Source: Vitrella brassicaformis CCMP3155 (lineage: Eukaryota > Protista > Chromerida). Taken from it: a stretch of 8,232 nucleotides of DNA. The stretch spans positions 1 to 8,232 of the forward strand of contig CDMY01000957.1 in assembly GCA_001179505.1 (NCBI GenBank), given 5' to 3'. This document shows positions 1 through 7,133 of the stretch, in pieces. Each line of letters starts with the position of its first letter. The first letter of the stretch is position 1. A program made the translations under genes and the position numbers. The notes under the pieces were generated by a model that saw only the letters and a program-made list of their open reading frames with translations, did no database searches and had not been told where the DNA came from.

Positions 1-474
1 GGCCTTGTGCATGCATTCTGCATGTGCCTGTTGCCTGTTTGGTGTGTGCTGTGGACAGAGAAGATGCCTGGTTGCGCCGGAAGGTAGCGCCGGGCTTAGG
101 GACAGGTGTCTCGTCAAACCCTTAACCAACCAACCAACCAGCAGATCCTCTATTCAGCTAACTACAGGAAAGGTCCTCACCGGCCTTTTTCTCACAAGAT
201 CGTCAAAAAGCGACGCGAAGTTGGCAGCTTTCGCAGCCAGTCCTTGAATATTGAGAAAAAGTGTAACTCGGTCTCCACCCTAACTTCGATCCCCAAGATT
301 GCAGACGCCGAGACCCTGAAGATAGATCTACCTCGTTCGGCGCTTGTTGTTGACACAGTGAGTGACAGTTGAGCGAACGAGAAACGCATGGGATCAAGCT
401 CGTGAGGACACATCGCCCACATCCGATGTTCCTGCGTATGTGTGTCGTGTGGAGCAGATCTCGGCTGTGGCGTG

Positions 475-559
475 ATGGCGGCTCTTGCCAAGTGTGGTGT
501 GTGTTGGGAGGAGTACCATCATGAGAATGCCCACAAGCAGCCTCAAGTGCTGCGATGCG
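475..559 (+). CDS. RING gene coding exon 1 (MAALAKCGVCWEEYHHENAHKQPQVLRC-G)
   Basis: ATG at 475, CxxC, then LRC-G ending at a GTGAGT donor (560). An acceptor-like CAG ends at 457 just upstream. Confidence 0.85.
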
Positions 560-1756
560 GTGAGTGAGAAACACACACACAGGCAGACAGAGGGAGGGAG
601 GGAGGGAGGAGAGGACTGACAGCACTCGTGATCTGTGTGTGTCATGCGCCCACCCGTCTTTCCATCAGGTCACTCCTTCTGCGCGGCGGTACAGACAGAC
701 AGACAGACGGACGGCACTCATTGCTCAATGAGTGACTCGTGTGTGTTTGGTCGCTGTCCGTCTGTGTGTCTGCAGTGTGTTGAGGGCCTCATTCGCAATA
801 GCCGTCGTCGCATAGCCGTCTGCCCAACCTGCAGGCACGCAACCAACCAAGCCACATTGTCAATGGTTTTCTGCTCACGTGCGTGTGTTTGTGTGCGTTT
901 CTGTCAATCAGGCGCGAGACCTCTCAGTCGGAAGTGCCCATCAACTACCAGCTCCGTGACATCGTGCAGGAGCTGCGGACGGCCACTGCGGCACCACCCA
1001 CACATGCACCCAGCAACATGACACACGCAGCAACCACTGCTGTCCCTCCGAGCCGCCAACAAACACCCCTCACGGCTCGTCAGCGTCAGGAGGCGGCTGA
1101 CTACGCCTTTGCGCAGCGCCTGTCGAACGAAATCAATGCCGACGGACAGGACGACAGGAGTGCCACAGACCCGCCGAACAACCAGAGGTAAGCAGCACAC
1201 CTCTCACTCACCTCAATCAGGACGGTCATTGGCTTTGCGTGTGTCCTGTATGTGTGTGTGTGCAATCGGCAGTCCCACCAATGGGGGCGGCACTCCTCTG
1301 CGCCCTCGGACTGGCACGCTGCCATGTGGTGTGCAATATGAGGTGGTGCAGGAGGGCTACGGAAGAACACCCACACTCAACCAGACCGTCAACTACGACT
1401 GGTTTGGGTGGCTTGATGCGTTCGACGGCGAGGAAATAGTCAATTTTGACGCTTCGCAGATGATTTGTGTGTCTCGTGTGGGTCTGGTTGCGTAAGGCCT
1501 TCCTGTCGATGCGTGTGGGTGAGGTCGGGCGATTCATAATGCGAGCCGAAGCTTATGGCCCCTACGTTCAGCTGCGGCTGCTCAGCATCCTAGAGCAGGG
1601 GTCGTGTGGGTGGTGTGGCGTGTGTCTGATGGAGGTGGGTGGCTCCGTGAGGCGGTGCTGTCGATGCGGGAGGGAGAGATGAGGCGGATCGTACTGACAG
1701 ATGACAGATATGTTGGCCGCTATGTTCAGTTGCATTTGGTCAGCATCATAGAGTAG
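475..1756 (+). CDS. Spliced gene encoding RING-HC (C3HC4) finger + linker + degenerate FKBP-type PPIase-like domain; 3' end disrupted or ambiguous (frameshift plus tandem duplicate)
   Basis: Exons 475-559, 669-688, 776-834, 912-1187 and 1273-~1484 join with compatible phases (1,0,2,2). Introns are 560-668 (GT-AG), 689-775 (GT-AG), 835-911 (GC-AG) and 1188-1272 (GT-AG). Spliced product: MAALAKCGVCWEEYHHENAHKQPQVLRCGHSFCAACVEGLIRNSRRRIAVCPTCRRETSQSEVPINYQLRDIVQELR...NNQSPTNGGGTPLRPRTGTLPCGVQYEVVQEGYGRTPTLNQTVNYDWFGWLDAFDGEEIVNFDAS. The C-terminal FKBP half appears at 1485-1598 (frameshifted) and again at 1622-1756. Confidence 0.85.
669..688 (+). CDS. RING gene coding exon 2, 20-nt micro-exon (GHSFCAA)
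   Basis: Acceptor TTTCCATCAG ends at 668 and donor GTACAG starts at 689. The exon supplies the His and a Cys of the C-x-H-x2-C-x2-C motif. Confidence 0.85.
776..834 (+). CDS. RING gene coding exon 3 (CVEGLIRNSRRRIAVCPTC-R)
   Basis: Acceptor TGTCTGCAG ends at 775. Contains the final CPTC pair and ends at AG|GCACGC (GC donor). An alternative in-phase GT donor exists at 859. Confidence 0.8.
912..1187 (+). CDS. RING gene coding exon 4 (RETSQSEVPINYQLRDIVQELR...QEAADYAFAQRLSNEIN...PPNNQ)
   Basis: Acceptor TCAATCAG ends at 911 and a strong GTAAGC donor starts at 1188. Carries the post-RING 'PINYQLRDIV' helix typical of RING-HC proteins. Confidence 0.82.
1273..1495 (+). CDS. RING gene exon 5: N-terminal half of an FKBP-type PPIase-like domain; this frame stops at TAA 1493-1495
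   Basis: Acceptor CGGCAG ends at 1272 and phase 2 matches exon 4. GVQYEVVQEGYGRTPTLNQTVNYDWFGWL aligns by eye with FKBP12 [30 protein letters not shown], and NFDAS corresponds to KFDSS. Confidence 0.75.
1485..1598 (+). pseudogene. FKBP C-terminal half, copy 1 (WLRKAFLSMRVGEVGRFIMRAEAYGPYVQLRLLSILEQ), out of frame (+1) with the N-half
   Basis: Matches FKBP 'GW..G...M.VG......I....AYG...V.LL' by eye. TGG at 1485 is 1 nt out of phase with ...GTG GGT (1478-1483). Confidence 0.7.
1622..1756 (+). CDS. FKBP C-terminal half, copy 2 (VSDGGGWLREAVLSMREGEMRRIVLTDDRYVGRYVQLHLVSIIE*)
   Basis: Not in the ORF track. Same frame as exon 5, open from 1523 to TAG 1754-1756. Clear paralog of copy 1 (WLRKAFLSMRVGE vs WLREAVLSMREGE; YVQLRLLSILE vs YVQLHLVSIIE). 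Confidence 0.65.
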   Translation: MSDGGGWLREAVLSMREGEMRRIVLTDDRYVGRYVQLHLVSIIE

Positions 1757-1998
1757 GAGAGAGTGCAGATACACACACACGTGGGAGCGGCTATGTATCA
1801 ACACATTCATGTCTGTGGCCTGTTGGCTGGCTGATGTGTGCCTCGGGTTTTGAGCGAGGGAGTGAATGTGTTGATTTTTTTCTGCTCGTGTGTGTGAGTG
1901 TTTCGTCGAGATTCCTTTTTTCTTCTCACGTGTTTTGTATACGGGTGTATGTGCGTGTGAGTGTGTGTGCACGCTTCTCCTCGGCTGTGTAGACACTC

Positions 1999-2033
<35 letters not shown>

Positions 2034-2134
2034 TGTGTGTGCTCTCTCCCCCCCCCTCCATCCGTCCGTCCGTCCGTCCGTCTGTCTGCGTCGACGGTTT
2101 ATCTTTTTGGTCGGCCACCCACTGCCTCTCTCTC

Positions 2135-2166
<32 letters not shown>
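1999..2166. repeat. Microsatellite cluster: (CT)9-(GT)12, C-run, (TCCG)5, (TG)15
   Basis: Read directly: CT 1999-2016, GT 2017-2040, TCCG 2061-2080, TG 2137-2166. Confidence 0.95.
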
Positions 2167-2167
<1 letters not shown>

Positions 2168-2254
2168 CACGACAACACCGCCGCCCGACCATAAACAGAT
2201 AGACACGCAGACAGAGCACATCACCTCCCACATTAGGTTTCTTCCGATCGATCT

Positions 2255-2501
2255 CATGCACTCCAAGTCCAAATGTGCATGACCTTCATCATATACACAC
2301 ACTCCAGTCCAAACGTGCATGCGCAGGTGTGTGCACATAGACATTTATCAAATGCACCCACTCCAAGCCTAAATATAAACTCTCCAAGCCGATGCGTGCA
2401 CTCGGTGTGCGCACAGAAACCTTCATTATATGCACACACTCTAAGTCGATGCGTGCATGCGCAGGTGTGCGCACAGAGACCTTCATCATATTCACACACC
2501 C
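2255..2501. repeat. Imperfect ~60-bp minisatellite, about 3.5 copies
   Basis: Units begin at ~2281, 2340 (with an ~20-bp internal insertion), 2418 and 2478. Consensus is approximately GACCTTCATCATATGCACACACTCYAAGYCGATGCGTGCATGCGCAGGTGTGCGCACAGA. Confidence 0.85.
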
Positions 2502-2736
2502 TTTTATTTTCCAAGAATGTTGCTGTGTTTGCAGCGATCACCCCGACTGGCTCCGATCGTCTCACACTGCGTCACACGCTGATTTCCCTGTTGACTCCGA
2601 TTTGTTCCTGTCTGTTAGGAAAGTGTCCTGGTGCGGATGTCCTCTCTCTGGCAACAATCAAACCCACATGCGAAGCATACCAGCCATTTATACGCACAGC
2701 CAAACACACCAGACAACCAACTGATTTCAGCCAACC

Positions 2737-2756
2737 GAGAGAGAGAGAGAGAGAGA
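2737..2756. repeat. (GA)n microsatellite
   Basis: Read directly: GAGAGAGAGAGAGAGAGAGA. Confidence 0.9.
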
Positions 2757-2965
2757 TAGCCAGCCACACACATGCTTTCGTGCCGTCCGCTCTAAGTGAG
2801 TGTCCCGTGTTCTCCTGACTGATGTGCGGGTGTGCATGTGTTGTCTGCCTTAGTGTGTGATCGGCGAGGGGACGGACCTTGCGGTGGATACGTAGGCACA
2901 CACTGGGAGGCTAGAGAGACAACACAGACGGACAGACAGGTAGATCTCAAGCAGATATGCGTGTA

Positions 2966-3438
2966 TGTAATCCCAGTGAGACATGACCCCAAAAGCATCC
3001 CAAGACATGCATCCGGCCAGTCGGGAAGAGAGGAGAGGAGTAGGTCAGCACAGGGATGAGTCCTGGAAGGACGAGAAGACACGCGGACTCAGAGAGAGAG
3101 CGAGATCTGGCTGAGCGAAGAGGACGCTCGAAGGGCAGCTAGCTGTCGTACGAGTACTCGCGTCGCCTCGCTGCGGACTCACCGGGAGGGTGACCAGCTG
3201 GGCGACGTACTCGTTATCCACCATCACTCACATGCGCACTCCACCATCACTCTGCGGCTCCAAGGGCGGCTTGGGAAGACGCCCTGTCGAAGGGAAGCGG
3301 TCGGAACGACCGAAGACCGTGCCGAAGCAACAGATCTCAAGAGAATGACATCAAGTCATATCGGAGGATCAATAACGAATCATGAAACGCAAACGGCACT
3401 AACTCGCTTGGCCAACTTCTGCTATCTCCCGTCTTACG
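2966..3438 (-). repeat. Candidate 3' LTR (~473 bp) of the gag-bearing element
   Basis: Ends are TGTAA (2966) and TTACG (3434-3438), a 4/5 match to the TGTAA...TTACA LTR termini. On the minus strand it is directly preceded by GGGCTTGGGGG (3439-3449, PPT-like) and lies downstream of gag in the right orientation. No second LTR or TSD is in the window to confirm it. Confidence 0.35.
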
Positions 3439-5010
3439 CCCCCAAGCCCACGCATGCATGCACTGCAGGCTTATCTAGCGCTCTTATTCATCAGCAGCCC
3501 TCTATCTTCCCCGGCTGCCTCCGCTGTGCCCATCTACGGCTTGTCGTCATGTCTGCCTACACACGACTACTATCCTTCAGCCTGTCATCCATCAGCATCA
3601 GCATCAGATCCATCCGTCTATCCATTCATCCAGGGCTGCATCCTCTCCATCAGCACACGGTCCGCGGCATCCAATCCATCCGTCCGTCACATCCAGACAC
3701 ATACGTCCACACTTCCAGCTATCTGAGCCGAGCGCCTTCATCAGGGTCACAGACAGGGGCGAAGGGCATCGTGAGCACTTCGCAACACAACCTCGCCGGT
3801 CAAGCGCGAGGCACACGGCTTCGACAATGGATTCGAGCGCGAAACAGGGGAAGGCAGCCCACAAAAGCTCGCAGACAGGCAGCGAAGCGAGAGAGCGAGG
3901 AAAGGAAGGCAAAATCGCAGTAGCAAGGCTTTATCTACAACAGCACCAAGCAGCAGGTCCCTCGGGACTTCCAATCGTCAGGCCAGGGGAGAGGCGCTCG
4001 ACACTGACGCAGAGAGGTGAGGGGAGAAGGACCTCATTAAAACCAATATCAACAAGGCAGGTAAGCCATGACAGACAAGGCAGCAAGGTCAGGGTAGGCG
4101 TCCGAGTCGTCTGCAGCCGATTGGTGTGCTGTGTGTCGTTGGTCAGTCAGCGGACACCAGGGATGGGCAGAAAGAGCGGTCCTTCCGGGAAAAGGCGAAA
4201 GTTCGACACGTCCAAGAGCCTTCAGTTGACCCATGGCACTTGTGAGTTTAGAGTGAGCCGCTCAGCACGGACAGGGGGCTTCACCATCAGGATCAGAGGT
4301 ACGCACAGCGAGGAAGGAGGAAGGAAAGCCTCTGCACCGACTTGAGCACGGTCCTTGACTGGCATTCTTCTCAGATGATATCCAGCTGCATTATGGTGAC
4401 GACTACAGACGGCAGGGGACATCGAGGACGACAGCAATGGCCTCCAGTCGGCCGACAAGGGCAAGGTAGGCAAGTGACAGCATAAGGGCAGCCAGCGGGG
4501 CGTGTGACGGCACACCAGACCGGTTCAGCAATGGTCAGCTGGGCGCCCGAGCGAGGAAGAACAACTCCAGATAGGGCATCAGGTGGATCGAGTAGACGAG
4601 GGAAAGTCAAAACTGCAGAGGTGGGCCACGAGCACGCGCCGAGAGGGATGGCGCACACCCATGTGATGGCTCTTAAAACGAGATGTGGTCTGTGCACTCC
4701 AGGTGTCGCGAGGAGTGCTGGTTGCCATCGAGAACGAAGAGATACGCGTCCAGACATCAGATCGGTAAGTGTCAGATGGATACATCCAAGGAAGCGAGCA
4801 TCCAAACATGTCGGTGTGTCCACCCTGCATCACATAGGCATCGAACTGGCACATCGAGGACGAAGGAGATCAAGGACGACGGAGATTGAGCGCGACAGAG
4901 ATCGAACCGGTCGTCACCAACGGCCAGACACAACACATCACGGTACCCACATGACACACACTGCCACAGATGGCTCAATGGCTGATGACAAATAGCCGTA
5001 TGGTGACAAT

Positions 5011-6833
5011 TCAGGTGGGTCGGCGTCCCTTGCGAGAGCGGAGGTGCATGTGTCGTGGAGCAGCGAGTGGAGCAGCGAGTGGAGCAGCGAGTGGATTGGC
5101 AAGGGCGGCCAGAGGGTTGGCGAGTCCGAGCATGGGGTTGCTGAGGGCATTCAGCTGGAGGGCAGCCAATGCCTGGGCAGCTGTGAGTTGGTCGGCTGGG
5201 ATGCTGCCCTCCGATGTCTTGCTCCTGCTCAACTCGTCCGTCTCGTCGTCGTCGTCCTCCTCTTCCTCCTCATATTCGTCCCCTCGGTCCTCATCGTCAC
5301 TATCGTCCTGTTTGGCTGCTATGGTGGCGGGCTGCTGCAATGATGCAAGCAGTGCGGGGGTCGTCATGGCCATTAGTGACGCGAGAGGGTTGTCGGTGGT
5401 CGTTGGGGCGAAGGGCGGGCGTGGAGCTTCGTCGCCTCGGCAATTGCTCGATTCGTTGGGGCGCTTGTCCCGGTCAGCTGTATCTGAAGTGTCGCTCTTC
5501 CGGTATTTTTCAGGTGCTGCTTCGCGGGCGAGCATACAGAGGTAGGCATAGTTGACCTTCTTCATTTCCTGGTCATTCTTCCCAATCAGCAACGGCTTCA
5601 TGGCGTTGTACACCGGTCGAATCAATGCGGACAGATAGTTCGACCTCTTCTCGTCATCGGTGAGGCCATTGACCTTCGTGCATTGGATGTTGAAACGCTT
5701 GGTGAAGGCATCGATCGTCTCATTGTCTTCCATCCGCATTCGCTTCAGGTCTTGTCGGTAGATGAGGTCTGAAGTGGCGCGCGGCACGTACTGCTCGACG
5801 AACGCCTCCCGCAGCTCATTCCAGCTGCCGCGAGTCGCCTCAGGCAAGTTGTACCACCAGGCGGCTGCGCTGCTCCCCGGCTTGAGCTGCTTGTGGAATA
5901 TCTGCGGCCTCATCTGAAGGACTACGGCCGCCTCGTCGAGCCACGTCTCCAACTCTCTCAACCACTCCTTTGCTGGCATGCCATCATCGCCACTGAAGGG
6001 GGACGGCTTCAGCTCTTTCATCGCCCGCCGCTGCTGCTCACGTTCCTCCTCTCGTCGCAACTTCTCTTCGTATGCTCGCCTCGAGTGCTCGCGAGCCACC
6101 ATATCCTCCCACTGTCTGCTCAAGTCATCATCCTCTCTCTCGGGCACATCCTCGAAGAGGGGGCCGAGGTATCCGTCGCGGCCCCTCTCATCTCGTCGGC
6201 GATCGTCTCGTCGGTCCCTGTCGCGATCACCACCACGTCGTCCCTCTCCACCAGCACCGTCACGGCGACCTCCATTGTTCCCTCCATCAGGCCCCCGACC
6301 TCCGTTGTTGCCACGTCCACCACCACGGCCCCCAGGGTTTCTGTGCGGCCAATCTGGGTCGCCGCTTCCGCCGGCCGTTGTATATGCAGCGGCCGCGCGT
6401 GTCGGCTGGTTGGTGTGGTGGGCTTGCTGGTTGGACGCGGCGACGGTGGGTGGAGCCTCGATGTGTCGCACTGCGGTGAAGGGGACTTGGTGGTCGCCTG
6501 ATTCTTGCCCCTCGGCAGATGTTCGCTGCAGGATACGGACGGGTGGGTGGTGGTCCTCATTGGGTGCATTATGTGGATGGTTTTGCTGAGCCGACGATGC
6601 GCTCTGCCCTGGCTGCCCTGCGGTCCTCGGATCAACTGATACGAGTCGGGGAATCTGTGGGCGAGGCTGTGGCTGCGGGTGCATCACCTCTGGCTGGTGC
6701 TGTTGGTGTGCTTCCACCTCTCGGCCAACCTCTCGTGTGCCCCTCTCGCGTGCAGCAGCCCTTCCGCGTGCGGCCGCACCCTCCGCACACTCAGCAGACG
6801 CGCCTGGGATCGATGCCGTGCGACCGGGTGGGC
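5011..6833 (-). CDS. gag: Gag protein (Retrotrans_gag/Ty3-type capsid), copy B; 5' end lost in the gap, first visible in-frame ATG at 6684 (557 aa to the stop)
   Basis: Capsid core at ~5510-6012 (LKPSPFSGDDGMPAKEWLRELETWLD...AAAWWYNLPEATRGSWNELREAFVEQY...LKRMRMEDNETIDAFTKRF) fits the PF03732-type pattern 'P..F.G......W...F......A..W......W..L...F...F...L..L.Q...E.V..Y..RF'. Open frame to TGA at 5011-5013. Confidence 0.88.
5055..5095. repeat. 12-bp coding tandem repeat (GTGGAGCAGCGA)x3.4, encoding the PLAA repeats at the Gag C-terminus
   Basis: Units at 5055, 5067 and 5079, with a partial unit at 5091. Confidence 0.9.
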
Positions 6834-7133
6834 NNNNNNNNNNNNNNNNNNNNNNNNNNNNNNNNNNNNNNNNNNNNNNNNNNNNNNNNNNNNNNNNNNN
6901 NNNNNNNNNNNNNNNNNNNNNNNNNNNNNNNNNNNNNNNNNNNNNNNNNNNNNNNNNNNNNNNNNNNNNNNNNNNNNNNNNNNNNNNNNNNNNNNNNNNN
7001 NNNNNNNNNNNNNNNNNNNNNNNNNNNNNNNNNNNNNNNNNNNNNNNNNNNNNNNNNNNNNNNNNNNNNNNNNNNNNNNNNNNNNNNNNNNNNNNNNNNN
7101 NNNNNNNNNNNNNNNNNNNNNNNNNNNNNNNNN
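6834..7133. other. Assembly gap (300 N)
   Basis: Run of N. The round number suggests a nominal or estimated size. Confidence 0.99.

Noticed and set aside
635-1021. ORF 635-1021 (and 883-1191, 1109-1495) as standalone genes
   Set aside because: Each contains only one or two exons of the spliced RING-FKBP gene plus translated intron.
1568-2282. ORFs with HTHT/CVCV/ERER runs
   Set aside because: They are translations of (CA/GT)n and (CT/GA)n microsatellites.
2254-2818. Cys/His-rich ORFs over the 60-bp repeat as zinc-finger proteins, or the repeat as a CRISPR array
   Set aside because: Cys/His come from GT/CA-rich sequence and lack consistent ligand spacing. The repeats are contiguous with no unique spacers, and the context is eukaryotic.
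2942-3341. 10-bp direct repeat AGATCTCAAG at 2942-2951 and 3332-3341 as a target-site duplication
   Set aside because: It is longer than the 4-6-bp TSD of LTR elements, does not flank recognisable termini and is plausibly chance.
3345-3923. ORF 3345-3923 (192 aa) as a gene
   Set aside because: It crosses the candidate LTR/PPT boundary and a (CATC)-type low-complexity tract, and shows no recognisable domain.
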